Positions 11,949 to 24,532 are shown, counted from the first letter of the stretch. The stretch: DNA of 64,000 bases from Octopus bimaculoides (GCF_001194135.2 NC_068990.1:408992-472991), one strand, 5' to 3'. Notes: generated by a model not told the origin, from the letters alone. Translations and numbers: made by a program.

Positions 11949-13155
11949 TATATATATATATTTACGACAGTCTTCTTTCGGTTTCCGCCTACCAAACTCA
12001 CTCACAAGGCTTTTGGTCGGCACGGGGCGACAGTAGAAAACACTTGCCCTAGGTGTCATGCAGTGGGACTGAATCCGGAACCATTTGGTTGAGAAGTAAA
12101 ATTCTTACTACACATCCACGTTTCACGTCCCCCCCCCCCACCACACGTACACAAAATATATACATTAACCGGAGGTTTCAACAGATGATTCTAACTGTTA
12201 TCAGAGCAGCTGCAGTGAAACGCGTAGAGCCGGAATACTTCTAAAATGAAAGTACCGTACAGTAGGACTGGAACACGGACCCGCTTGTTTGAGAAGTGAT
12301 CTTCTGAATCCCAGTTGTATTCCATTATTAGAAATCAGTGGGACCGGTGAATATTTCTCGGAATTAATGGTAAACCTATTGGGTTATTTCTGGAAACTTT
12401 ATCCCAAAAAACTGAAAGCCTATGTTGTGTCTGTATCAATAGATAGACGCTCATCTGCTAATCATTGAAAAGTGAAGGAAACTGGAATACGATGATTGCT
12501 TAATGCACTTTATATACTTTATACACAATTTTATAGACTTAATACACAACACTCTCACTCTTCGCCTTACCCTCTTTTTCTCTCTCCTTTTTCTTCCGCT
12601 CTTCGCCTTTCCCTTCAACTAGTCACGTGAAAGCGTTACAAACGGGCTAAGTAACGGAGGAAAAAAAACTTAGTTAAAACCCCCCCACACATTTCACTCA
12701 TTACCACCTCTCTCTCCCTCCCCTTCCCGTCCCCACTCTCCCATTCTTACTCTCCTCTCAGCTAATCATGTGGAAGCGTTACGGACGGGCTAAGTAACTG
12801 AGTGACAAGCAGAATTATTATAAGGTAGTTAAGAATAGATTTATCGGATTGGTTAAGCGTTAGACCAAATGGCTGCTTTAGAATTTAGTTAAAGCCCTTT
12901 ACGTAAGAGTTCATTTCTTACTCAAGTTGCCTTCTTATATTTTATTTTTATAAACTAAATTAGTTATTCAATGACGTCATTCTTGGTTGAATGAATGAAT
13001 GTCTAAAGTTAAATTTGGTTTGGCGTTTCTTTTTGTTGACGTTCTTTAACTGTTAAAATATTTTCAGAAATTCAGTTAGAATTTCACCAATTTGGATTAC
13101 CTTGATAGTGTGTTGACAAATTTTCGTGTGTGTGTGTGCACATATGAATATATAT

Positions 13156-13601
13156 NNNNNNNNNNNNNNNNNNNNNNNNNNNNNNNNNNNNNNNNNNNNN
13201 NNNNNNNNNNNNNNNNNNNNNNNNNNNNNNNNNNNNNNNNNNNNNNNNNNNNNNNNNNNNNNNNNNNNNNNNNNNNNNNNNNNNNNNNNNNNNNNNNNNN
13301 NNNNNNNNNNNNNNNNNNNNNNNNNNNNNNNNNNNNNNNNNNNNNNNNNNNNNNNNNNNNNNNNNNNNNNNNNNNNNNNNNNNNNNNNNNNNNNNNNNNN
13401 NNNNNNNNNNNNNNNNNNNNNNNNNNNNNNNNNNNNNNNNNNNNNNNNNNNNNNNNNNNNNNNNNNNNNNNNNNNNNNNNNNNNNNNNNNNNNNNNNNNN
13501 NNNNNNNNNNNNNNNNNNNNNNNNNNNNNNNNNNNNNNNNNNNNNNNNNNNNNNNNNNNNNNNNNNNNNNNNNNNNNNNNNNNNNNNNNNNNNNNNNNNN
13601 N
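13156..13601. other. Assembly gap (N run) flanked by microsatellites
   Basis: N characters. Similar large gaps occur at 40811-41329, 42863-43434, 51373-51830 and 60232-60923. Confidence 1.
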
Positions 13602-14379
13602 TGTGTGTGTGTGTGTGTGTGTGTGTGTTTATGCGATTGAAACAACTGTTGGATTAAGTTGTGATCTAAAATAAAGTTATGATTTTCTTCGTATATATTA
13701 TTGGTTGTTGTATATATATGCCACATATACACATACACATATAGATGCATATAAGAAAGACGCACACACACACACACACATATATATATACACGTGTGTG
13801 TGTGTAAAACCGTTTATTGTGATCGCTTTGGAATAGAGGTTTTTAGGTAACAATAACAGGCTGGTGCTTTGGTTCCTCTAGACTTGATAATCGTTTGATA
13901 ACATTATCCGTGATTACTGTAAACGGCTTCCTGTGTGTGTGTGTGCGTGTACGTGCATGCTTGCGTGTGTTCGTATACACAATGTGCTTTCTCTCACTTT
14001 CTGTTTTGCAAGGCTTGGTCAGCTCGAGAGTATAAGAACTTGCCCAAGAAGCCGTGCAGTGAAGGGAACTGACCCCGAAATTGCGTGGTTGCAGAGCGAA
14101 CTTTTTAATCCCACACAGAGCGATGCCCGCCTACACACTGTTTTCGTTCCTCAAATTCTTATCACAAGTTATTAGCTAACCCAAGACCACACACACAAAA
14201 ATAAATCCAAGGAAGGGCACAGTGGGATTCGAACCTAGAACCACGTAGTTGCTAAACGAACGTTGTATTGGTTCTCGTGTTTATGTGTAATGTATATCCT
14301 TGTTGTCTCTAATCAAGTCAAGTTGTTACTATTTAAGCCTTTTAAACGCCTGGCATTTTTCTTTCTCAATAACTAAACA

Positions 14380-15780
14380 TCGCTCATTCACCCTTTCTCT
14401 CTCTCTCGTTATATTGTTACTTCTTTCGTCTCCTCCTCCTCCTTACACTCACATTTTGAATCGTTTCTTTTTGTTTCTCCTCTTTTTCCTTTTACATGTT
14501 TATGTGCCTTTCTATTTCATCTTCCTCTTTCTTCTCCCTCCCCTTCGTCTATCTCTTTGTTTTCTTCGTCATTGTTATCTTGTCATTATGCTCAGTAATT
14601 CACAATCGCTATTAATTAAACTGCCCCCCCTCCTCTTCACTCTATTTTAATTCAGTTTTTTTTTCTGTTTTCACCATTCTGTCTTTTCATAGTTTATTTT
14701 TAGCACATCTACCTAGTCTATATACCTATCTACATGTTTATCTATCTATCTATGGATTATATTTATTTGTTTATCCATTTTCTCAAATCACTACATTTTC
14801 CCGGTCTTGTCTGTTGCCGTCACATTTGGATATAAAGTTACTGCCTTATTAAACAGGTCTCTTTCATAATTGTTCTTGTATATATAAAATGTGTGTATGT
14901 CTATGTCAAAATTTCTCTTAATTACTCTCTAAACGTGTTACTGAATCACATCTCTCTGTTACATTCCTCATCGTTTCTCTCTCCCTCTCACGTCCCGCTT
15001 CTCTCTTTCTCCTCATCTAAATCTATCCTTGTTTTCTTTTCCTCTCTCTTTATTCTATTCTGCTACTTACTTTCCTCCTTTCTCCATCGCTCTATCTCAG
15101 TCACCCTCTTTCGTTAGTCTTGCAGTTTCATCTCTCCCCACTGTTTCTTTTTAACTCTCTCTCTTTCTATAGATTAAAAGACAATCTGTTTCCCCCACTC
15201 CGTTCCTCTCTTCCTATTTGCCTGTCTGTCCTTCTCTCGCACACACACACATACATATCATCATTACATTCTCCTTTCATTTCTCCTGTCTTCTTTATCT
15301 CTCTCCTCCCCTCATCAATTCACTTATTACAATCATCTACTTCTCATCCCACCACTCTCTCTTCTCAGTCTTCCTTTCTTTTTCTCTTATTCCCATCTCT
15401 GTCTCTCTGAGCATTTCTTAAGTCTGTGATCATGTCTCCTCTCCCCCTCTCATCCTCGTCGATCTCCCGTCTCTTTCTGCACCCCTCTTTAGTTTCTCAT
15501 CCTTTCTTTCCTCCCCCCCACTTCTCTCTCTCTCATGACAGCCTAATTTATCTTCCCCACTCCACACTTCCTCATCGTTTTCTTCCTCTGCTTTTCCCCC
15601 TGCTGCCTGCATCACTTCTCTCAAAACCCCCTCTCTCTCTCTTACACATATATACACCACACTCCTTGAAGCCAAGTCACTTCTCTCTTCTATTATTTCC
15701 CTCTCTCTCAGTTTTTACTCTCCTTCTCAGTCGACTGAAAAATTCACACTACTCCTCAAACTAAGTTCTCCTCACTCCTA
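14380..15780 (+). repeat. Long C/T-rich low-complexity tract
   Basis: Strong pyrimidine skew on the plus strand. The L/S/F/P-rich ORFs are compositional artefacts. Confidence 0.85.
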
Positions 15781-16179
15781 CCCTAATACATTACATATAC
15801 ATACATACAGATTTATAGATACACACACACACATACATACATATATATATATGTGGTGTGTCTATGGCTTTCTCCTTCCATCACAATTACACCAATTCGA
15901 CAGACATGTAACGGACTATACCGAGACAAGACAGCGGTGTTTCCTTTGCATCACTCAACACCACTAGAAACACTGTATGTATATCTCTATAAATCAATCT
16001 CCCTCACACACGTGTGTTGTGTGAATATATAAGAAAAAATGTATATATATATATATACATTTAATGCTCTCTGACTATGTGTGTATATATGAATGTCTAA
16101 ATATTGGTATGAATTCCTGTGTTCTATGTCTATATATGTACCTATACTGAAGTAGGAATATATCTCCCTTCCTCCCTTT

Positions 16180-16257
<78 letters not shown>

Positions 16258-16351
16258 TTATATGTGTGTAGTTTTATCCTGAAACTGCAAGCGCATGTAA
16301 GTTTGTGCGTGTATGTATATATATATATATATATATATATACATTCACATA

Positions 16352-16540
16352 CAATAATCCCTCAACTATCGCGGGTGTTACGTTCCAAAATCCCTCGCGA
16401 TAGGTGAAAATCGCGAAGTTGAAACAGTATTGTAGTGTATATGTTTTATTATTTTTATATATTTATTTTATTATAAGTGCAAATCAACACCACGGAGGAA
16501 TCGACGTAAGAATAAACCGCGATTTGGCGAGGGATTACTT
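16352..16540. mobile_element. Tigger/pogo-like MITE (189 bp)
   Basis: Ends read TA|CAATAATCCCTCAACTATCGCGG and CCGCGATTTGGCGAGGGATTACTT|TA. These are imperfect TIRs of CAGTAATCCCTCG type with TA flanks. Confidence 0.75.
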
Positions 16541-17166
16541 TATATATTAATGCATTTTTCATTTCATACACACATACATTCAGGCTCATGTCCATGAAGA
16601 TGTGTGTGGTATACATGAATGCTTTTGTGTGTGTGCCCGCATATATATATATGATGATGATATATATTCGCGCGTGCCTGTATCCGTATGTCTTTCATAA
16701 TCTCCGAGCGATCGGTACTTTTTCTAATTACATGGATGTTTCTTTTTCTTTTTTCGGAGTAGTGTTAACATTTTATTACAGATTCTTTCGTATTCGATCA
16801 CCAAAACCTTTTTCTATAAATTTCTCGTTTTCTTTTTCCCCGACTGGATACATATTGCTTGTAAATGAAGAATTCTTGCTACCGTTCACAAGACTCCATT
16901 AAGTGGTCACACGCACGGCGATACATAATTAGATATGTACACACACGCACATATTACAGGTGTATGTATATGTGTGCGCGTACATACGTAAATGTAGGTG
17001 TATGTACATATATACATACGTTCATACATAGGTGTTTATCTGTTCAGAGGTGCGTGTGTGCGTACGTACCGAGATGTATGTGTGTACATTCGTAGGTTTA
17101 TGTGCATGAACATACATAGGTGTTTATCTGTACAGAAGTGTGCGTACGTACGTAGGTGTATGTGTG

Positions 17167-17223
<57 letters not shown>

Positions 17224-17285
17224 NNNNNNNNNNNNNNNNNNNNNNNNNNNNNNNNNNNNNNNNNNNNNNNNNNNNNNNNNNNNNN

Positions 17286-17342
<57 letters not shown>

Positions 17343-18160
17343 TCTTTCTATGTATGTGTATACTTAGGTGGATATATATATATATATGTATGTATATGTA
17401 CGTATATCTACGTAGATGTATATGTGTGCATACTTACACAGAGATATGTATATATATGTGTCTACATACATGAGTGTGTGTGTGTGTGTGTGTACATGTG
17501 CATGGGTGTAATGTATATATTTGTACGTACATACCTATATGGAATATCTAGTTAGTTCACCTACTTCTGATTTCCTGAAGAATACATATTTTCAAATGAA
17601 ATTTTATGAGGATATATTTTCAAGGATGTAGATTACAATTATGTTAATGAGAATATATATATATATATATATTTCAAAAAAGGATAAAACTCTTTTACAA
17701 GAATTTTATCAAGAAGCTAGTGTGTAAAAAAAATTCATTAGGGAAATTTCTATTCCCAAGAATATAATTATTCGTTTATATTTATATAAAGGGCATTATT
17801 ATAATAATTGCCCTTTATATAAATATATACATATATATAGGTAAGGAAGGGGTTTCGGTTCGTTCTTCTCCTGCTCCCTCCTAGCACTCTTTGGAATGCT
17901 TATTTTAAAATGGAATTTCGCAGAAATAGGTTTCCGAGATTGTTGTCAAACACAAACTTAAACAGAAAGTGAAAAATGCTAAAGTTACGGAAACTGATAA
18001 AATCAGAGAATGGTGGGGAGAAGAAAGATCCGGAACTCCTCCAAAAATTTAAATTTTAATCCTAAGTGTAACTGAACACAATTTACGTCATTGAAAATGC
18101 GAAATTCCAATTTGTTCACACATATGTATGAATATATATGCATTTATACATTGGCATAGG

Positions 18161-18196
<36 letters not shown>

Positions 18197-18423
18197 CATG
18201 TGTATGTGTATTGCGTGTGATCGTGTATGTATTATGTGTGTGTGTGTATATATGTATGCATGTATGTACGTTCATACTTTTACCAGTGTGCTTGTAATTG
18301 AATATATTTATACCTAATACACGTATGTGCATATTGGTATATAAGTCACATACTCTCACTGGCTCATAAACACACTAGTTACTCCTGTTTCTGTCTGTCT
18401 ATCTATCTATCTATCTATCTATC

Positions 18424-18465
<42 letters not shown>

Positions 18466-19234
18466 GAGGCACACATTGTTGGCGTTAATGTTAAAATCCT
18501 GTTACCTGATACCGTTCGCTACACTTACAAAGGCAAGACTACACTTACGGACGTATATGTAGTGCGTGCGTGCATGCGGACAGTTGTATAAATTGGAAGA
18601 AATACATTTATTGGGAAAATATATTTGCCTGAAAAGTTGAACTGAGCGAAAAACAGGACTGAATGAATCATCGTCTTCGGACAAATATCTATCCAGCCAT
18701 CGTGTGTGTGTGTTTAAAAACTCATACATGATGTTTTAGATCAGTCACCGGCTGTAATATACACAACAGTGTGCTTGCATGTAGTGTTGCCAAATATTCA
18801 AGAGGTTATCAGTCACAGACACGTGATCACAGTCAAATATATATAGATATATAGAAATGTATGTTCAGTGCGTGTGTATATTCATTCGTTTCTGTACATT
18901 GCTTTGCCTGCTTCATTCCGACACATACTAGCTGTAATTAATTTTCCAATAATCGTCCCCAACACACAGACACAGGTATGTGTGTGTATATTCACGGATG
19001 ATGAATCACTCCATCGTTGCTCATTTTCTCGCTTCAGCGATCTTCCAGACAACGAAGGAAGAAAAATAAACGAATGGAGGAACTTGGTGAGCCACTGTGA
19101 TGATTATTCATCGGCTTCGAACGATTTACTTCTCATTTATATACGCGAAAGAGTGTCTATGTCCTCCATCATTTACTAATTAACCGATCTACTTACAAAC
19201 ACATCATCACAGGACATCAAATTCAATTCCTTAC

Positions 19235-19277
19235 GTCAGTGTACACGTCTAGCTATGTTTCACTTCGCTCGGGATTC
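19235..19277 (-). other. Candidate 43-nt non-coding exon
   Basis: Acceptor TTTATTCTTGTGTTGTTTACTGCAG| and donor |GTAAGG. All three frames contain stops. Based on splice motifs only. Confidence 0.3.
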
Positions 19278-19649
19278 CTGCAGTAAACAACACAAGAATA
19301 AATTTTTTTTAGAAAATTAAATGTTTTAAAAGTCACCAACTATTACACACACATGGAAATGTGTGTGTATCAGTTTTTTTTTCTTTTTTCTATGACTTGA
19401 CTTTCGCCCTGTCTTATTCTCTCTCCCTTTCTCTTTTTTTGAATATCTACATCTCCCTTTCACTATCTCTGACTCAGTATCGAAGCTAATTTATCCGGTG
19501 CGCTTTGTTTTGCTTTCAATATATTAGTCATTAATACCAACGGCTACAGTACCTGAACACGCACGCACATATTGCTTGTCTTGCTCATCTGTTCCTCCTC
19601 CACTTATTTTCTTTTCATACACACACACACACACACACACACATCAGCT

Positions 19650-19825
19650 ACCAGTATCGTTAGCACGCCGGACAAAATGCGTAGCGAACGGCGTATCGTC
19701 CGTCTGTGTTCATCAAATTCCGCCGTGGTCGATACCATGAGAACTAGTTGATTACTGGAGTCGATGTGATCGACTTACCCCCGCCACCTCAAATTGTTGG
19801 CTTTGTACCAAAATTTGAAACGAAT
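19650..19825 (+). mobile_element. SINE family A copy retaining its CpGs
   Basis: ATCGTTAGCACGCCGGACAAAATGCGTAGCG...GTCGATGTGATCGACTTACCCC. Confidence 0.8.
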
Positions 19826-20080
19826 ATTGTATTTAAAACAGTTTGATTCGGCTTTGTGCGACTTAGTGTCGTGGGCTTCGGGACCGAACCAGAGTGTTTT
19901 AAATAACATATGTAACTCCTAAATGTGTTGAAAGCCCCTTCCTTTCGTTTGTGTACACACACACGCACCAAACGTCCTACTATATAGTCTACTGCATATT
20001 TAGATACATTTTACTTCGTCAAAATTGATGAGTGTGTATACACGCACGCATTGCTAAATGCAGGTACTACTCAAGCAGAG

Positions 20081-20192
20081 CGGACCCGAACGCGCAGTCG
20101 CGCGTCCGCGCTAGCGAGTCGTGAGTGGTCGACCGTACGAAAAGTGCGCGCGAGCGCGCGTGCAAATGAATACATGTGTGCCCATGCGCGCG
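20081..20192. promoter_or_regulatory. Dense CpG cluster, candidate unmethylated promoter
   Basis: About 23 CpG in 112 bp by manual count. It lies at the border between CpG-retaining and CpG-depleted sequence. Confidence 0.45.
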
Positions 20193-20344
20193 TATGCAAA
20201 TTAGTAAATAATTTCTTTTAAACAAAGTAAATNNNNNNNNNNNNNNNNNNNNNNNNNNNNNNNNNNNNNNNNNNNNNNNNNNNNNNNNNNNNNNNNNNNN
20301 NNNNNNNNNNNNNNNNNNNNNNNNNNNNNNNNATATATACACAC

Positions 20345-20760
20345 ATGTATATATGCAGAGGCTGTACGACCTGCAGCAATTGAACAATAGTCTTTTTTGA
20401 AGATGGCCCAGAAGATAGCACAGTAGCTGACATGGATACACAAGATGCAAACTGAAAGCCATGCTTTCCAATGCATGAGAGTGCCTCAGGTGACAGGCCC
20501 AGGATGGCCATCACTAACATCTACCCCAATATCACACCCATACTCCTACAGAATATTGGGGGTTTGCTACAACTCAGCAAGAGAGGTAAAATTCTCCATC
20601 TAAAAGAGATTGCTACATGCAATCAAGCAACATGCATTGCACTCACTGAAACGCTCCTAGCCCCTGATGTAACAGATGCAGAATTGCACATACCAGGGTA
20701 TGTTATGTTTCGTACAGACAGAAGAGAAAGAAGCCATGGCAGAGTGGCTATGTGCATCTG
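20345..20760 (+). mobile_element. CR1-like LINE fragment (start of the endonuclease)
   Basis: LLQNIGGL...IALTETLL...HIPGYVMFRTDRRERSHGRVAMCI, homologous to ~58320-58560. Confidence 0.8.
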
Positions 20761-20823
20761 TCTTGTATTAGTGTGTGTGTATGTGTGCCTATCTGNNNNN
20801 NNNNNNNNNNNNNNNNNNNNNNN

Positions 20824-20885
<62 letters not shown>

Positions 20886-22133
20886 GATAGATAGATAGAT
20901 ATTTATATTTACAACAGAATACCAGAGACAGATATTTACATTTGACTGAATTTATCTATCAGCACACTTTGTGATGATTAGTATCATTTACAAGGCATTG
21001 ATCAGCCCAAAATCATAGTAGAAGACGACACCTGACCAACATATCATGCAGTAGAACTAAATCAGAAACCATGTAGTTCCGAAACAAAATTCTTAAGCAC
21101 AACAACCATACCTGCACCTATATAATGCCCCTACACTTGTAAAAAGTATAAATAAATGGTCACAGCTTGAATACCTTTGATAACAGGTTCAACTTAATCA
21201 GGGCAAAGCAGATGATGAACAACAAGAACAGAGAAAAAAGAGATGATTCAACAAAGCCAAGTTTTAAATGTTATATCTGAAAATAAGGATTCTTGACACA
21301 AACAATATTTGAATGTATTAATGCTCTCTAAAATATGTTTTCTGTTATCTTAAAAGCTTTCAGCTGTTACCTATCCCCTCCTTCATCAGCATAGCCCTTC
21401 ATCAACCACCATCACTATCATCTCTAGTTTCTGTGATACACATCAGATAACAGAGTAATATCTAATAATATCAAAACGTGTTATCATCACACACACACAC
21501 ACTTTTAACTTTTTATGTACACTCATTAATGTAATTTACTCCGACTGGAATATATTAAAAAAAAATCAATCCCTCTATCTAGTCCAGTTATTCTTGATAA
21601 GGTGATCGGGGTAGAGTCCTCATGCACCTCCTCTATCAGATGCAACTGTTACTGCTCTTTCCAGCTGTGTTTTTAAGCCTGACCAACTGAGATTTGAGAC
21701 ATTATCCAATCACTTTGAATTTGTTCTACTCCCAAAATTTCCTATTGGTTGCCTTGACTTGAAAATTTATTCCTGTGAAATTTTTTAAATCTTATCCATA
21801 GTACTGGAGCTGTGACCTCTCAGTGCAGAGAACTAGTAACTTGACCCAGAAAGAATTCCTGATCTCTAAGTTATGCACCCTGTCAAATAACATTCATCCA
21901 GAGATTCTTCAAAGGCACCCAATTTCAGTCATTTGTATTTACAACTGTGCTCTTTTGGTCATTACACAACATTTATGACCACAGGTGAGGATAAGCATAA
22001 AAGCCAAATTGAAGCAAGTTTTTTTGTTTTTTGTTTTGGTTACCAACCTTTCCTCTTCTGAGGATCACAAGATACATTGTGAAAATAAATATTCTAAAAT
22101 AGGATTTTTATATATTTAAAAAAAATGTATAAC

Positions 22134-22523
22134 AGGTGTGGCTGTGTGGTAAGAACCTTGCTTCCCAAGCACATGGTTCCAGGTTCGGTCCCACTACATG
22201 GCACCTTTGCCAAGTGCTTTTTACTAAAGCCCTGGTCCGACCAAAGCCTTTTGAGTGGATTTGGTAAACAGAAACTGAAAGAAGCCTGTCATATGTATAT
22301 ATGTGTATATCTGTGTGTGCTTGTGTTTGTCCCTCACCACCGCTTGACAACTGGTGTTGATGTATTTATGTCCCTGCAACTAAGCAGTTCAGCAAAAATA
22401 GACTAATAGAATAAGTACAGGCTTAGAAAAAAAAATGTCCTGGGGCCGATTTATTCAACTAGAACCCTTCAAGGTGGTGCCCCAGCAATGGTCACTGTCA
22501 AATGAGTAAAACAAGTAAAAGAA
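22134..22523 (+). mobile_element. Full-length SINE family C copy, CpG-decayed
   Basis: tRNA-like head GTGGCTGTGTGGTAAG...GGTTCGGTCCC, CORE-like motif, internal (TG/TA)n, and AAACAAGTAAAAGA tail. Confidence 0.9.
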
Positions 22524-24039
22524 TTAATCACCTATTTACAAAATTTGGTTCTTGATCATATTTCCAGCAAATAGCTTATTGAAAACACCCACATTAATAA
22601 ACGTCTTCCAACATAAAACATTTTAATACTTTTATACAGGAATTCTCATGTTACAAAAATGTTGCACTCCATAACAACTTGCTGTAACATGCCAGCGTGA
22701 AATACCATTTCCTCTTGACTTCCATTGTCTACTGCAAGATTTTCAAGAGCACAGCATTTTCGTAACAATGCAGGGGATGCCAGTGTTAGCATATATAGTT
22801 AAACTTCTGAATACATTTTTAGCACTATCAAAATCTGTTATTTCAGTTGTACAGATATCTTCATTGTCATCCTCATCAACCATCTGTCACAAGAGAAGAT
22901 GGAGCCTTCACTATTTTCTCTCTTCTTTTCACCCTCTTCTTTCCTACACTTACATTATGCAACCATATTACATGCAATGACTGCATGGGTCTATTTGAGG
23001 CTGATAGTTTTTATTGCAGTCGCCACAGATGACTGCAACAGAGCTGAATCATTGTATGGAACTGATGCCTTCCACCTGTCTTTTTAGTGCATGAAACTAA
23101 TTTCAATCCTCCTCTCGTCTAAGTGCTCAAGTTCGAATTCTACTATGGTTAATGCAACTTTTGTGTTCTCTTCAAGGTTAACAGAACAGTCAGTAGTTCT
23201 TATATGAGATATAAATAGAATCTGGGATAGGTGTGGTATCTTCTGTTAGTTATCTTAAAAGCTTTCACTGCAAGTGTGTGACTAGTAAATAAATACACTT
23301 ACTTTCAATAGCATACTTTCCAGATTGGTTGTACTGATCAATGTACACTTTATTTCAGCAAATAGCATTTACCATATTTATTAATGTATAAAATACTTCT
23401 TTCATGTGTAATCAGGATTGTATAACTTGCACAATATTGACTTTACAGATAGATGCACTTTTACAGGCTATGCCAGTAAAATTCAATGGTTACTATTGAA
23501 TTTTTCTGTTTCGCACAGGATGTGTGAATGTTTTCAGTATATTATTTTATACAGCAATTATGATAAATTTGACATCATGATATTAAAGAAAAGTTAGTGC
23601 ATATCATGCATGAAATTTATTTTCTGAGACTCCATTTCCCATAATGAAATGAATGCATTACAAACAACAGCACATTATTACATATTACAAAGTGCAGATA
23701 ATACAAGACCTAAGAATCAATAGTTTGAGAGATGGCCAGAACTAAGCTACCTTTCACTGTAGAAAGGCCAGAAGATCTTGCTCAAGCAGCTGACTTGCTC
23801 AAGCCTCTCACTGCCCAGTTTGAGGGTTAGGGTTTACTTACTCTTTTCCTACTGCCAGAACTAAGCTACCTTACGGTTGAGATAAAGACCATGCATATTT
23901 AATACCTTTTCTACTACATTTCTCATTTCTTGTAGTCTGGCTTCACTCTTGGCAAGTGGAGCAATCTCGTCTACATGTCTTAGATTAGAAATATACACTG
24001 AGAATAACTCCAGAACATTGTGAAAAACCAAATACTCAT

Positions 24040-24240
24040 TTATTAAGGCCATATTCGAAGCTAAAGGTTTGGAAAACATTATCATGGAAGGAAGAGTAGA
24101 GAGCAGTAGATCAAAAGGCAAGCAAAGCAAAGAATGGATGGACAATATCAAAGAGCTGGTTGGAGCAGAGTGGCAAGGCAGAGGAGAAGACTTTCGTTGC
24201 AGTGTCATCAACACACTGCAGGCATACAATACATGATGAT
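24040..24240 (+). mobile_element. RTE-like LINE 3' fragment
   Basis: GLENIIMEGRVESSRSKGKQSKEWMDNIKE, a typical RTE ORF C-terminus. Confidence 0.65.
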
Positions 24241-24295
24241 TGTGGGTTGGTTTGTTGCTTTTTTTCTGTTTGAAATTAATGGTTTTAATGTTAAA

Positions 24296-24510
24296 CCCTT
24301 TAGTATTTAAACCAGTCATATCCGGCCCAAATATGCTGTCTGTTTTCTAACCAACCAGATCCAGCCTATCACACATACCCTTCAATGTCACTCAAAAAAT
24401 ATACAACTATATCGTCAAAATTTTGAAGCTATGAAATAAAGTATGATTAATTAAAAATAATGTGAATGGAAAAGCTTTACATTTGATAGAAAAATCTGAA
24501 TGCTAAAGGG
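24296..24510. mobile_element. piggyBac-like MITE (TTAA...CCCTTTAG / CTAAAGGG)
   Basis: Ends read TTAAACCCTTTAGTATTT and AATGCTAAAGGGGTAA. Related copies at ~38330-38541 (ends CTAAAGGG|TTAA), ~47640-47830 and ~52640-52863. Confidence 0.65.
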
Positions 24511-24532
24511 GTAATATTAACATTTTATATAA

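Larger units (their letters stand above)
10788..12120 (-). mobile_element. SINE family C (tRNA head, CORE-like CACCTTGGGCAAGTG motif), interrupted by the MITE and by a plus-strand copy
   Basis: 3' half at 10788-10986 and 5' half at 11955-12120, both collinear with the full copies at 22134-22523 and 30079-30451. Confidence 0.8.

Noticed and set aside
11442-12059. 205-aa minus-strand ORF
   Set aside because: It lies entirely within nested SINE copies and a microsatellite, and has no domain signature.
13092-13777. Long ORFs spanning X runs (also near 40.7, 42.7, 51.2 and 60.1 kb)
   Set aside because: They are open only because of N gaps.
21175-21280. Minus-strand exon-like unit with acceptor CTTATTTTCAG and donor GTATTC
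   Set aside because: Stops in all three frames and a weak donor, with no other support.
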